Shown: positions 37,808 through 51,958, numbered from the whole stretch's first letter. The stretch is DNA of 63,798 nucleotides, filler included, from Octopus bimaculoides (GCF_001194135.2; 7 parts of 6 records of this genome joined end to end with filler, not necessarily neighbours in it), one strand, 5' to 3'. The notes: a model not told the origin generated them from the sequence alone. Numbers and translations: made by a program.

Positions 37808-40299
37808 CTAAAATGAAATCATTGTTTAGAAAATAAAATGAGAGAAAATATTTTTTAAAAAGAACAGTGCAAAAATCATAATCATTAAGATTTTATTATC
37901 AAAATAAATATTAATGATATTTTCTAATTGTATTGTATTCTCCTATAAAAGGGTTTGACATCATCACTACATGTTAGTATTCATAACAAGTGTGATCTGA
38001 CACTATCCACAGCTGTTCTAATAATAATATGCATAAACAGAATGAAAATTGTTGCTCGGTGTCTGAATGATAAAAACTATATTGAAAAATTATTTAGTTT
38101 CAGTGTGAAAGAATTTAGGGTTAAAACATCAAGTTAAAGAGAACATTAATCATCATGAGCTTCACTGTTGTTGAATTCATCATTTTGTATGTCTTAGATG
38201 ATGGAGAGGAATGAGAGAGTGAGACGGGAAGGGAAGAGACAGAGAGGAGACAGTGTCACCACCACCACCTTCATAGACCTTCTGAGATCTTTCAAATCAG
38301 TATCATAAACATAGGTAATAAGAGAACTCCGGATGGTTACACTCTGTGGAGAAAGAATTAGGACAATTGTGAGGGAAACACAAAAGGGAAGTGATAGAAG
38401 GATTTGAGTGGAGTAGTTTTAATAGCATTAAAATAGCTACAGAGAAAAGTCAGCAGACCAGATGTTATAATGTCCTAGTGAATGAGTCATTGCTAAAAGG
38501 GTCAGAGATCTTTTTTGGTGATACAGTTTAGAGTAATGATTTGTAGGTACATGGTATTTCGTTATGCAATGAAATATACTATAAAGTATGTTAAATGTTT
38601 TTATAAGTCAATACCATGTTCTACTGCATTAGCAGTGCTTTTTACATTATTTTGTTAAGGTTATTCTTCAATAGAATATCTGTAAAAATAACCTTAACAG
38701 TTTAGAATGTTTGTATTTGAACCTGCAATACCATTCCAGATATAGAAATAGCGTGCTATTGTATGTTTTTACTGAGTTTTGTAGATGGTCAGAAACAGAT
38801 CAGAACTTAAGTATTTTCTGAATATAATGGCTGATCTTTGAGATGCAGTTTCATTTATGTGAGTGTAGTCACCTTTAAAAAAAAGTCATCAAATATAGAA
38901 TCTTGTATTTATAGTGACTTTTGGTGCTTTAATTGTGTATTGTTCATGACTGGAGAAGGTCAGGTAAAAACGGATACAAGATTCTTAGCTTGATCTGAAT
39001 AGTAATAGTATATTTTTATTGTTTAAAGAGATTGGAGTGTCATATTCATTATGCAAGATGTTATTAAGGTCTATTTCATGGAAGTAGACCAGATGTCTGA
39101 GTTGTATGTAGATGACACCTAGAAGTTTGTGGAGAGTGCATTCTCCACATAAGAGTGAAATTTAGTATAGGAGGTGATAGACAGGTTGCTATTATGAAAT
39201 GAGACACATAGCCCAGTCACAAGACTTGCATGTGCTGATAAAGTTTGAATGAAAGAGACATTTAGGCAGAATTAAAAGGAGATTCTCAAACTAAATAAGG
39301 TTACAAACTTTGCTGATACTGAATGCAACAACATTACTATTGCACAACGTTTCAAAGTAGAATAAAGCATGTGCCTTCAGAAGGGGATTACTTTGAAGGA
39401 GATTAAATGCCAAATTGATATGTGCTATGGTTTGCTTTTTATAGCACCACTCCCAATACATTTTGATCCAACCTTGTTCACATTGTTGGGTGGTCATCAC
39501 CTACACATGAGTTCCAAAACTCATTGACAGGTTTTATTTTTCATCTCACAAAGTGTCCATCATTCACCCTCCTCACTGGCAGCTTCAGTGGTGTTACCAG
39601 TTTAGTTGCCAACAACCCAACTATGCAACAGATTGTACTAGATTACATGTTACCAGTAAGCACTCAAGAGCAACCTCAAGAGTGACCTGACATATTTTTA
39701 TTTTAAAATTTTATATTATTATACATTTATGTATTTTTTATATATCTATATTTTTATATTTTTTATGTATTTTATATTTCTTGTATATATATTTATGTTT
39801 TATATTCTTAAACCCTTGCTGTCCTGTAGGTCATCCTTTGTTGGGAAAGACTAGAAGGATACTCTGATGTAACACCCACTAGATTTGCTGAAGCAAACAA
39901 CTAGCTTTGGCTGATCTTTAGAGCACTTAGCACTATCATATATATTCATGCATGTGTTGAGCCACCAAACCTCAACCTAATGGCTGATCAAGCCATATCA
40001 TCACTACTTGATCTGTGACCTTGTCTGCATCTGACAAGTGGTATGCTGGGCATTAGTACAAGTTGTTCTTTCTTGGTGGAGAGTGTGGGTTTCGTCCAGC
40101 ACAGGCAAATTCCACTTAAAACAAACTCATAGTGCAGGTTGTTCAGTAGTGCAGGTTGTAACATGAGGATAAATCAAATCCTATAATGAAATGATGGCTA
40201 CAGGAACAGGTGGAGAAAGTTACTGGAGGTCTTTAGCTTGAGCTTCACACATATGATGGTAAGAAATAGATGACAGTCCTGTGAAACCTATGTAAGCAA

Positions 40300-42540
40300 T
40301 TTCACAGCATATAAAAATATACTACACTAGTAACTGCGTACACACCAACACTTGATTCTATAGATGCAGCTAAAGACAAATTCTGTTCCAATTTATGAAT
40401 ATTACTGAACCAAATTCCCAATCAAGATAAGATTTTAATCAGATTACCTTTCTTGGCCAAATTTTCTTGGCAAGCCTCTTCTTGGCAAAATGAACTCAAA
40501 CAGACTCCTGCTACTATCTTTGAGCAATGAGTTTGGACTTCCTGTCAACAACGCATGTTTTCAACAGTCCAATAAAAACAAAATAACTTGGTATGATCCT
40601 TAGATCAGGTCATGAACATCTGAATAACTATGTGATTGTTCAAAGCTCAGAAATGATGTTAAACTAACACATCCATCCCTTCCATAAGGCAGAACGTTGG
40701 ATACTCTATGATATACTTTGAAGTAAGATAAAAATGAGACCAAAACCAACCATAAAACAAGATTATAAAAAAAGTATTAGGTCAAAGTAGATAACAGTAA
40801 GGATATTCTCACTCAAGCACATGATGTAAAAGGTCAAAGTAGATAACAACAAGGATATTCTCATTCAAACACTTGATGTAAAGTTACAAAAATAGAAACA
40901 GGAAAAATATAGAAGAATCATAGAGTCAATTTAGAAATACTATTTATGAGTCACCCAGAGTTCTTGGGTTTTCATGTAAAAACCAAGATCGGCTTGATGA
41001 AAATAATGAGGAACAGCTTCAGGAAATGTATTGACTTCATAAAAAACGGATTACAGATAAAAACTCTGCTAGAAAGAAAAAGCTTTACATATTTACCAAA
41101 ACTCTTTTCAAACTAAACCCCAAAGTATGAAGCAACAGTGGTGGGAATAAAAGGCTAAAGTTCTGCAAGAATCAGCAAACAAACATTGTACGAAAGATCT
41201 AGATCAAAATTTGAGGCAGCTATTTGTTCCAAGTAAAGAAAGTTGCTCTCCTGCTTTTTCTACTGAAGGGAATCTTCTTACAGATCATAATGACATACTG
41301 AAACATTGGACAGGACATTTTAAAGATGTACTCAATAGGGAAACAAATGTAGGTATGAACCCAATCAATATACCCCAAAGACCTGTAGTTGAAGTCATTG
41401 ACATACTTGCATTAGATCCAGGTTTGGATGAAGTGAAAGTGACTATAAAACAACTGACAAATGGAAAAGCCCCAGGGGTGGATGGTAATCCCGAAGAAAT
41501 CTTTAAATGTAGCAGTAATACTTTGGTAGGTAAATTGACAGAGCTTATAGTCCAAATATGGCAAAAAGGAACTGTCCATCAACAATTCAAAGATACACTG
41601 ATTCTACTTAATTCTACACCTATATAAGCATGAAGGTATTAAGTATTAATGTGATAATCATCATGGTATATCTATTACAGAAAAAAAATTCCCTCTAGAA
41701 TAATCTTAAAAAGAAGAAACACTAATTTAGTTGGTACTGTCTATCCAGAAAGTCAGTGTAGGTCAGGTTGAGGGGCAGTAGATATAGTATTCAGTTTGTA
41801 ACAAGTTCAAGAAAAGGCTTGGGAGTGCAATAAAGACTTCTATGTGTAGACCTTACAAAAGTCAATGACTCTGTATGTGAACAGGCTCTATGGAAAATAT
41901 TAGCAGAGCTCAGGATTCCCAAGTAAATGCTAAATGTCATAGTGCCCCAACACAAGAATATGAAAGTATCTCTTCCCGCAAGTGGCAGTCAATCTCAGCC
42001 TTTTAATGTAAAAAATGATACAAAACAAGGTTGTGTTTTGACACTAGTATTATTTACACTATTTTTTGCAGTACTCCTGGAATGTGCCTTTTTTTATGTA
42101 AAAGAGAGTGTGTTTCTCGAATATAGAACAATATATCTTCAACAAACAGTGTTTCAAAGCAAGGACTAATGTTGCATTTCACACAAGAGACTTATTGTTT
42201 GTAGCTCATATGCTTTAGTTGTTGAGAGTGTTCCTTGAAGACAAAGATCTGAAAACAGTTGCAGTTGATGCCTTCACAAATTTGGGTTCTACAGAAACAA
42301 GTGATGCTAAACTTGACAAGGAGGTTCAGACTCACATTGAAAATGCTAGTACAGCTTTTGGAAGATCTATGATCAACTTTGGAATGCTTGTGTCTCAGTA
42401 ACAACAAAAATAGATGTATAAAGACAGTTGTCCTAAAAACACCTTTATATGGAGCAGTGACCTGAACACTTTATTGTAAACACATCAGTCAACTGAACAA
42501 ACTATCGTATACAATATCTTAAGCAAATATGCAAGGTTAA
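40300..42540 (+). mobile_element. Old RTE/BovB-like LINE
   Basis: LVTAYTPTL..DKF endonuclease piece; RT pieces ILKHWTGHFKDVLNR, GKAPGVDG, KQGCVLTLVLF, ENASTAFGR; many stops and a 52-bp tandem duplication at 40779-40882. Confidence 0.85.
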
Positions 42541-43418
42541 GTGAGTCCCTCTGCATGATAGCATTTGGTACCTAATACCCGAAGAGAAGCTTTGGAAAGC
42601 ACACTATAAGGTTTTTCCCCAGATAATATTACAATTTTTTATATATATATAAAACACATGCACAGGTTGGTTCAGCTCCACTCCTATTTGCTCTTTTTGT
42701 TCAGCAAAGTTCTTTCATTGCCATTTGCAACTTTTTGAGTGCTTTCTATTTCAATTAATTTTGCCTGTCTGAGACCTTATTGGTTGTAGGTGTGTGTAGT
42801 TTAGGAGAGGAGGCAAGGGTGATGATAACCGATGTGTTTGTGTGTGCATGCATGTGTATATGTGTGTGTCTGAGAGTGTGTGTGTGTGTGTGTGTATTCC
42901 TGCATCTGTGCATATGCATGACTGTGTGTGTGTGTGTGTGTGTCTGTGTGCCAGTGTGCCTGTGCATGTGAGTTTGTGTGTGTGTTGTGTGCATGTGTGT
43001 GTGTGCTTGTACATGAATATGTGTGTGTGTATGTATGTGTATGCTTGGACAGTGTATGCCTTGTGTTTGTATGAGTGTGTGTGTAAGGGCATATATGTGG
43101 CATGAGTGTAAGTGTGCAATATTGCGCATTCTTGTATCTGTGTGTTAGTGTTTATGTGTAAGTGCTTGTACATGCATGTGTGTCTGTGCATCTATGTGTA
43201 TTTGTGCACGTGTCCACATGCCTGTTTATGTGTGCATGTGTATACGTTGCATGTGCATGTTGAGCTTGTGTATGCATGTGTTCATGCATGAGTGTTTATA
43301 TACGTCTGAGTGTATGTACACATGCGTGAATGGGGTGTATGTGTGTATGGTCATGTGTTCCTGTGGCTTTATGCATGTGTTTATGTTTGCATGTATGTGC
43401 ATGTTTGTTCAAATTACC

Positions 43419-43803
43419 GGGAGTGGCTGTGTGGTAAGTAGCTTGCTTACCAACCACATGGTTCTGGTTTCAGTCCCACTGCGTGGCACCTTGGGCAAGT
43501 GTCTTCTACTATAGCCTCAGGCCGACCAAAGCCTTGTGAGTGGATTTGGTAGACGGAAACTGAAAGAAGCCTGTCATATATATGTATATATATATATATG
43601 TATATNNNNNNNNNNCGCTTGACAACCGATGCTGGTGTGTTTACGTCCCCGTAACTTAGCGATTCGGCAAAAGAGACCGATAGAATAAGTACTAGGCTTC
43701 CAAAGAATAAGTCCTGGGGTCGATTTGCTCGACTAAAGGCGGTGCTCCAGCATGGCCACAGTCAAATGACTGAAACAAGTAAAAGAGTAAAGAGTAAAGA
43801 GTA
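43419..43803 (+). mobile_element. tRNA-derived SINE family A
   Basis: Near full-length, low-divergence copy with GAGTAAA tail. Confidence 0.9.
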
Positions 43804-46220
43804 TCTACCTGCTTGTCAGCCCACCTACATTCTTACCTAATTAACTAACAGCCTGTATAATTAACCTAACTAGTAAGACTAGGCACGTAGTCTTCAACAT
43901 AAAGTACATGGAAGGGATTTATAAGGACAAGAACACAGTATACATTGGGGAGACCTTTACTAGTTTAGCAACGAGGCTAAATATGCACTGGAGAGAATAA
44001 AATGATGGGAAAGAGTAGTTCCCACTATCAGCATACCAAAGAGCAGCATGGTGGCACTCTTGGCCAAACTGACATCTGCATTTTGTCCAAACACCCAAGG
44101 GACCTGTCACTTCGACAAATACAAGAGTATGTCAACATAAATGAAACATTAGCCATACTGAATAAAAAATACATGTAGGAGGTAGAGATACCTCAATCTC
44201 AAAGGTATCATCCATGCAGTGTGCATACATAGGTGCATCTGAGTGGACAGGTAGATAGGTAGGTAGGTTGGTGGGTGGGCGGGTAGGTGGGTAGGTAGGT
44301 AGGTAGCTGGCTGGTTGGTAGTTAAGTAGGTAGGTAGGAAGGTAGATAGATATCTTTTTATTATAGCCACACAGGGCTAAATACAGAAAATGGACAAATT
44401 ACAAAGTAGAGCTTTGGGGGGGGGATAATTTGGATCAAAAGGGATCGCGGGAAGAAAAGAAAANNNNNNNNNNNNNNNNNNNNNNNNNNNNNNNNNNNNN
44501 NNNNNNNTTAATTAATTAANNNNNNNNNNNNNNNNNNNNNNNNNNNNNNNNNNNNNNNNNNNNACAATGTCAATCAAAAAATAAGCAATCACATTATATT
44601 AATCCAGAAGCTACAAGATAATTTCTGATGAATTCAAAACAATGCGAATAAATAAGTATTACATTTTACAGAATAATCTGAATGCTAAAGGGTTAATATG
44701 TTAACATAAGGGTTTCGAATAAAGCATCTATAAAATTAGTTTTTAAGCTTCAAGTGGCAATGGGGGTCAATCAGAATAAAATAGTAATCAAAGGGGTCCA
44801 GAAGCAAAAAAAAAAAAAAAAAAATGACTGAGAACCACTGATTTATATTAACTCCAGGAATATATTTTTCTGCTTGTTTTTTTCATTTTTGCTTTCATAA
44901 ATACGTAATGTTTATTTATTCATCATGTTTATTTATTTATGGTCATACTAGAACAGTGCTTGTATCCTCATCATTATCATCATCATTGTTTTGATGTGTG
45001 GTCCATTCATGTGTGATGTACGTGACTGTCAGAAACAAAGATTATGAAGTGTCTGAGATGTAATTCTTGAATGTTTTCAAAAATTGTATCAATTGATTGT
45101 TCACAATGAAGTTTAAGTACCCAGGCAAGAATTAAGCAAAAAATTTTTGGAAGGATCCCAATGAATGTGACTTAAGTGTTGCAGGAATATTTGGTAGTTC
45201 CAAAACACCAAAGAATCAAAACCAGATTGTTAGATTGTGACAACCAAGATTTTGTTAGCAATCAATGACCTCTGTACATGACTGATCAATCAGACCTCTG
45301 GCCAAGATCACTAAATCAATACAAATGTGATTTGCTCAATTATTAATGTTATCAAGGAACACTGACCACTCAAACCTATGGTGAAACAGGATGTCATCAA
45401 CAACTTTTTTGTCATTGACAGAAACAAAGTACAGAATTCATTTGTGACTAGCAAGTAGTGGTGAGATAGACATGCCATGCTGCAAGACCAACCACTCACC
45501 CTACTGTCATTCTCAACATACAAAATACCCCATAAACTGTTGAGCTGCCTTTTTTGTCTTGGTGAAAACAGTTTTCCATTATGGCTCATGATGACAATAC
45601 ATAGTCTTAACGACAAAATAAATATTTTTGTATTAGTTGATCACAGGTCAACCAAAATGTTTCATGGGTGACTGACTGACTTATTCATGAATGCATACCG
45701 AAAGTAATGTGTCATTTTCAGCAGTTTACAGACAAAACTAAATGCATGGTTTTAGTGACAGAGAAAATATGATGTTATATTATAAAAGAGAAGCAGATCT
45801 CTGTCTGTCCGTCACAACATGTGTAAGAGCGAAAGGGGGGAAGAATGAGTATACATTACAACTTATTTTTAGAAGGAGAGGTGAATAACTTGTCATTCAG
45901 AGAGAAACACAGTGAAAGAGAGAAAGTATGTGATAGATAGATAGATAGATTGTTGTCACCATAATAATAAGTTTTGATTTAAAACGTGAGAATTTTTAGT
46001 ACAAGTCTGTCAACACAACACGCTTCAAAAGTAGCACATACAAATATATGATGTTATTTGTGTGTGTGTGTGTGTGTGTATATGTTTCTGTAAACATATC
46101 TGACAATGGAGAAATATTACCTTCCTTGAAAACAGATGAAGGCAGTTGGCATTCAATCATAGAAAATCTGCCTCAACAAATTCTGTCTGACCCATGCAAA
46201 TGGATGTGATGATGATAATG

Positions 46221-46320
46221 ATGAAAATAGTGGTCGAAAATAATGTTCGAATAAATAACTACATATTTGATGCCTTCACTTTAACTGCTGTTGTATATAA
46301 TGTGTATATATTATATATAG
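46221..46320 (+). CDS. Candidate first exon (leader/signal-like) of putative Ig-like GPI-anchored protein
   Basis: Open frame MKIVVENNVRINNYIFDAFTLTAVVYNVYILYI ending at phase-1 donor G|GTATTA; further in-frame ATGs back to 46200. It implies a short 52-nt intron, so it is tentative. Confidence 0.35.
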
Positions 46321-46372
46321 GTATTAATTACTAATTATTCTAATTATGTTGGAATAATAGATCTTTTTACAG

Positions 46373-46429
46373 ATTCGAGTGTTTTTGCAGATTGGAGAGT
46401 TAAGAAATCTTGTAAAATCTTACAAAGTG
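46373..46429 (+). CDS. Candidate 57-nt exon 2 of putative Ig-like protein
   Basis: TCTTTTTACAG| (D)SSVFADWRVKKSCKILQS G|GTAAAT; phase 1-1; splices in frame to the 48428 exon. Confidence 0.5.
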
Positions 46430-47089
46430 GTAAATATATTTAAAAACCCTTTTTTTCTTTTTAAACTGGACACTTTATTTTCAATTCTGTCTTCTGTCTT
46501 TTACTCTTCTTCACTCATAGTTTTTAATCCCATTCTATCTTTATGTGGTGAGTGATGGACAAGGCTGGAGGTGCAGTTGATGGAAAATTTGAGTACGGAG
46601 AAGGGCTATGGTAAGAGAGAGAGAAGTTAAGGGAATAATGTAGGTGTAGGAGGGGTAGATCGGGAGATTTAGGGTTACATATGGGTGGCTACAGTGACTG
46701 GAGCATGATCATGGATATGAGTGGGAGCTGAGGATGAGGGCAGATATGTGAGGTGTTAAGATGAAGTAAGGCAAAGACGAGAGAAGAAGGTAAATGAAGG
46801 CATAGAAAGGATGCGATCAGTGAAGATGGTATGGGAAAAGGAAGGAAGGATAATGGAAATAAGGAGTGGAAGTTGTTCTGGTGGAGGGAGGTAAGTGGCA
46901 GCACAAAGAAAACGGTGTGGAGTAATATGCGCCAGTTCTGTTTCCGAGTGAATACAGCCACTGTGTAGTGCCATAGATAGAGGAGTGATGGAGTAACTGG
47001 GTGTTAGAGGAATGAGGTGTGGGTAATGCTTGAAGAGGCAGAATGGGTTACAAGCACAAACAGAATGAATTTTGGATATTGTATTTTGC

Positions 47090-48335
47090 TGTGATGGACA
47101 GCTCTTTGTGGGCACAGTGAATTGCCAATCATCTCGGTCCTTTGTCATGTCTTCTGTGAAGCTCAACGTGTTGAGATCAACCTTTACTTCTTCATCCCAT
47201 GTTTTCCTCTTCTACAAGTTCCATCCACTTTAAGTACTTCTTGAAGCAGCTGTCTTCATCCATACGCATCACATGACCAAACTAGTCCAGTCTTCTTATC
47301 TGTACACTACATCTACTTCCTGTTATGTTTACTCTCTCTCTCTCAATAATTTAGCACTTTGTTTTCTATGCACACTGATATTGCCCATTCGATAAAGTAT
47401 ACTTTATTCTTCTCTAGTCTTTGCTTATCCTCTGCATTCAGGGTCCATATCTCCCTACCATGTAGCATTGCTGATCGTACACAAGCATCATATTTTCTCT
47501 CTGAGAGAAATTTATTGCTAACAGAGATTATAACTTCCAGAACTTTCTCCATCCTATTCCTATTTTGGCAGCTATATTTTCAGAACATCCTCCTCCACTG
47601 TTAATTAGGTCACCTAGGTAACAGAAACTTGGAATTTATTGTGTCTCCTTAATATTCAGTGCACTTATGCATCTTGTTACTTGTTACCCTAATTTCTGTG
47701 TTCACCTTCCTGTCATTCCACTTCCCCTCTTCTGTGTCCATAGCATGCATTAGGTATATAACCTTTCCTGCATATTGAGCAGGATCATTTATCTGATGGG
47801 TGTGAGGTCCTGTCTGTTTTCCTGCTTGCTAGAACTTTGATTTTTGCCAAGTTAACTTTAAGGCCTTTTGACACCAGCTTTTGCTTCCATACCTGAAATT
47901 TCTTTTTTCAAATACCACTGCAGATTCCACTCTGAAAATGAGCTCATTAGCATATAGTAGTTCCCAAGGGCAGCTAGTATTAAATTCCTCTGTTGTGACC
48001 TAGAGGACAGTGATTAAGAAGAGGGAAGTGAGAACTGAGCTCTGGTGCACATGTAGATCTACCCAAAGTCCATTGCTGTACTCATGACCACCTCCCACCT
48101 GACTGATAGTACCCCTGTACATGGCTTGTTTGGCTTTCACAAGCCATGTACCTCTAGCTTCTTTAAAGACCACCTCATCCCAGAGTAGGAGAGTATGTTG
48201 AAGGCTCTCAGGTCCAACAAATGCCACCTACAATGGCTTACTTTTAGCTAAATACTTCTCTTGCCTTTGTGTTACTAAGAAGATGGCATCTGTATTACTT
48301 CTTCCTGGCACAAAACCAAAGATCATGCGAGTGAG
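47090..48335 (-). mobile_element. Degenerate RTE LINE RT fragment
   Basis: FGFVPGRSNTDAI, KAFVGP, YDACVRSAMLHGREIW and WFGHVMRMDEDSC-like pieces. Confidence 0.8.
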
Positions 48336-48427
48336 TGGTGGGTTCTAAAGACAATGAATCTGTTATGGGTGATTAAGTTGTATCCTATTCTGCCAGTGAA
48401 TAATAATGGTTTACTTCTTTATTTCAG

Positions 48428-48727
48428 AACCAGTGGAATTGGGACAAAGCGTACTTCTTAGAACTGAAGAAATTCCTAATCTAACAATTCCCTTTCACTG
48501 GGAATGTGGACCCAAAAGGTTTCAATGTGAAATAACATGCCTTAATCACAGCCATTTTAAAGTTACAAATAATGGTAACAGTTCTACTTTATGGATGTGG
48601 AAAGTAACAAAAGAGTGTTTAAAATTGGACTTCATTCAGGGCGATTACGACATTCTAGGAACAGTTGAAATACAGTTAAAGACTACTACTGCTGCTACTA
48701 CTGCTAATGCGACTGCTGCTACTTCAG
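48428..48727 (+). CDS. Ig-like domain plus Thr-rich stalk exon of uncharacterised cell-surface protein
   Basis: TTACTTCTTTATTTCAG| (E)PVELGQSVLLRTEEIPNLTIPFHWECGPKRFQCEITCLNHSHFKVTNNGNSSTLWMWKVTKECLKLDFIQGDYDILGTVEIQLKTTTAATTANATAATS G|GTATTA. Exactly 300 nt, phase 1-1; complex non-repetitive sequence with 4 Cys, Trp, N-glycosylation sequons and a beta-strand pattern. Confidence 0.62.
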
Positions 48728-48759
48728 GTATTACTACTACTACTACTACTATTAATAAT

Positions 48760-48980
48760 AATACTCCTTTCTATTAAAAGTGCAAGGTCTGAAATTTTGT
48801 TGAGAAAGGACTAGTTGATTACATCCAACCCCAGTGTTTCACTGGTACTTAATTTATCGACCCCAAAAGGATGAAAGGCAAAGTTGACCTCGGTGGAATT
48901 TGAACTCAGAATGTAGCAGGAGATGAAATACCGCTAATCATTTCACTCAGCGTGCTAACAATTCTGCCAGCTTTCCACTT
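48760..48980 (-). mobile_element. tRNA-derived SINE family B
   Basis: Reverse copy whose (AAT)n tail abuts the Thr-codon run after the Ig-like exon. Confidence 0.85.
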
Positions 48981-49179
48981 TAATAATTATAATAATTACA
49001 TTAATTGTTGTTCTTTATTGGCCGTGTTTACAATATAAATTGGCAACCCTTTGCTTTCACCATAGCCCTTGAATACATTGTCTTTGTCTCAATTAAGATA
49101 ATTGTTATTATTTAACTGGGGTTTGGATCATAAATTAGCATAGAATTATCATGGAAAGTTTTAATCTAGATCACTTTAA

Positions 49180-49398
49180 CCCTTTTGTTACCATACTTGT
49201 TGAAACACACTGCCTTTGTTTCAATTAATTTTGTAAACACTGAAGAATTTAGTCAAATAATTTTGTCATTATTAAGCTAGTGTTTGAAACGTAAATTTAC
49301 AAGAAATTTTGATGGAAGAAAGTTTTGAGATCCCTTTAAAACAAGAAATTTGTACCATAGAAACAAAAGCAGTTTTAAACAAGTTGGTATCAAAAGGG
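49180..49398. mobile_element. piggyBac-like MITE
   Basis: TTAA|CCCTTTTGTTACCA ... TGGTATCAAAAGGG|TTAA: TIRs and TTAA TSD. Confidence 0.8.
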
Positions 49399-49450
49399 TT
49401 AAGCCTGGTAGATATTACTATTTTTTATTAAAAATAGTAATATCTACCAG

Positions 49451-49527
49451 GTTTTGCATCAGGAACCAGCCTCATCCTTTTCATTGCGATTCTAGTTGCT
49501 GTCATCTTGCAACTATGGAATATATAG
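49451..49527 (+). CDS. Candidate terminal exon, copy 1 (GPI-signal-like hydrophobic tail)
   Basis: CAG|GT completes Gly; GFASGTSLILFIAILVAVILQLWNI-TAG; phase-compatible with the Ig exon. No polypyrimidine tract, and the acceptor lies in a hairpin. Confidence 0.4.
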
Positions 49528-50922
49528 AAATGGTATTTTCTATTTTATTTTGATATTGGTCAGCTCTTTAATAGACTTATACTGTTTTCAGTCGGCATAA
49601 TTACTTTTAACATAAATTATGTTTTATGCATCATCATAATCATCGTCATTGGTTTACCTTTGCTTTTCCCAAAACTCTGCTCCAACTTACTCTGGCCTGA
49701 TCAATGCAATCATAGAAGAAAAAATTGGTGTTAAAACCATTCCACCAATGGTGATTTCTGCTGGAACACTCTGCTTTTGTTTCAATTAATTTTGGAAATA
49801 ACAAAGAATATTTTGGTTTGAAGTCTTAGCACAAAACCAGCAATATCAGAGGAGGTGGGTATCAGTCAATTACATTGACCCCAACACTCAACTGGTACTT
49901 AACTTATTGACCCTGAAAAGATGAAAGGTAGAAAATAGACTCCGGAGAAATTTGAACTTGCTGGCTTTTTGTCCAGCTCTTTACATTCTAAATGTCTTGC
50001 TCCGTGTGCTGGTAGTTCTGCCTACTCACCCCTTCCATGACAGAACTGTAACAAACCCGTCATATACACACACACACATATATGTACATATATATATATA
50101 TATATTTTATTATATGTATTTATTTTCTCCTAATTAATAAATAACACGGACAAAATAAATTGGTTAATAGATACCAGGGTAGCAAAGATCACAAAATGAC
50201 TGTGGTGTAACTCCTGTTTATGAGGTAGAAACTCCTTGATATTTTGGGTACTTGAGTATATATAAATTTAATGAATGGAGTAAAACGCATATTTTAACTG
50301 CATACTTTAATTTCCNNNNNNNNNNNNNNNNNNNNNNNNNNNNNNNNNNNNNNNNNNNNNNNNNNNNNNNNNNNNNNNNNNNNNNNNNNNNNNNNNNNNN
50401 NNNNNNNNNNNNNNNNNNNNNNNNNNNNNNNNNNNNNNNNNNNNNNNNNNNNNNNNNNNNNNNNNNNNNNNNNNNNNNNNNNNNNNNNNNNNNNNNNNNN
50501 NNNNNNNNNNNNNNNNNNNNNNNNNNNNNNNNNNNNNNNNNNNNNNNNNNNNNNNNNNNNNNNNNNNNNNNNNNNNNNNNNNNNNNNNNNNNNNNNNNNN
50601 NNNNNNNNNNNNNNNNNNNNNNNNNNNNNNNNNNNNNNNNNNNNNNNNNNNNNNNNNNNNNNNNNNNNNNNNNNNNNNNNNNNNNNNNNNNNNNNNNNNN
50701 NNNNNNNNNNNNNNNNNNNNNNNNNNNNNNNNNNNNNNNNNNNNNNNNNNNNNNNNNNNNNNNNNNNNNNNNNNNNNNNNNNNNNNNNNNNNNNNNNNNN
50801 NNNNNNNNNNNNNNNNNNNNNNNNNNNNNNNNNNNNNNNNNNNNNNNNNNNNNNNNNNNNNNNNNNNNNNNNNNNNNNNNNNNNNNNNNNNNNNNNNNNN
50901 NNNNNNNNNNNNNNNNNNNNNN

Positions 50923-50961
<39 letters not shown>

Positions 50962-51124
50962 ATACATACATATACATATATACAAATACATATATAAACA
51001 TATACATAAAAATGAATAAATAGAGTCAAGAAGGAGTAGGTTTAAACAGCTATTTAATAAACACTACACATGTTTTGATACAACATGGATCCACATATAT
51101 ACAGGATTTAAATTAAACAATGTC

Positions 51125-51460
51125 TTACCTGTATAATGGGTGAACGAGCTCTATAATGTAGTCCCCTTCAAGTACCCCTACGTATTTGTAGCTCTCTGCT
51201 GGTACTAACTCTTTTATGACATTCTGCTGGTCAAGGTTAACGTTATATGTTTCTGTCATTTTTCCTTTGATAAAGGTAGCTTTTGCACATTTATTGAGGC
51301 CAAATTGCATCCTGATGTCATCACTGAATTGTTTAACAATCACTAGTAAGCCCTTGAAGTGTTGGTCATTTTTTGCAAAGAGCTTTAAATCATCCATGTA
51401 AATAAGATGATTTATATTTTTATCAAACATTTTATAACTGTACGGTGCATCGTTGAGCAC
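51125..51460 (-). mobile_element. R4/Dong-like reverse transcriptase fragment
   Basis: INHLIYMDDLKLFAK...FSDDIRMQFGLNKCAK...YKYVGVLEG (RT domains 5-7). Confidence 0.8.
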
Positions 51461-51958
51461 AGTACGGTTTGCCTGCACAAAAGAAGGTCTACTTCCAATA
51501 AATATTAATAACATTAGAAACACTTATACTACCCTATAGTAGCACAAATAACCCCACAGCATACAAATAGTAGCCCCTGATAGTAAAATGTAGGTTATAC
51601 AACTTACTCCTTAATTTATAGTTTGTCTTGTTAGGAATTACCGAGGCTCTTGTAGGTATTCAAATAAACAACCCCTCCTCTTACCCTGTTTCTAAATTTA
51701 AGATGTTACCCCCCACCCCACCCATATCAACTACCTACTTCTTATACCAATTTGCCTTTCCCCCATTTTATCATCACTTAACCCCTTGTATTAATGCTTG
51801 TTATTTCTATCATAACTTATCTGAGAACACAAAGGCCTTAGGTTTTCTACCATATAGTCTTTTACCCCTAATAACTACTTCAAATCCTCAATTTTATTTC
51901 AATTTTAGCCTTTCCTATCTTGTTCATTTCTTTTTATTTATTTTATTTTTTTTTGCAG

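Noticed and set aside
38900-39500. Possible old CR1/L2 RT (LYVDDT motif near 39105)
   Set aside because: Too decayed to define boundaries or clade from reading alone.
42751-43514. Cys/His-rich ORFs resembling metal-binding proteins
   Set aside because: Translation of degenerate (TG)n/(CA)n repeat.
45311-45671. Overlapping short ORFs in complex sequence
   Set aside because: No recognisable motif, splice pattern or terminal repeats.
49440-49600. Hammerhead in the antisense of the duplicated terminal exon (CTGAAAA ... CAAAAC-CTG-GTA)
   Set aside because: Both copies lack G8 and the GAAA core, and stems I/II could not be paired canonically.
51628-51958. 135-aa ORF extending upstream of terminal exon copy 2
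   Set aside because: The upstream part is pyrimidine-rich low-complexity sequence read through an acceptor; only the last 26 codons look meaningful.
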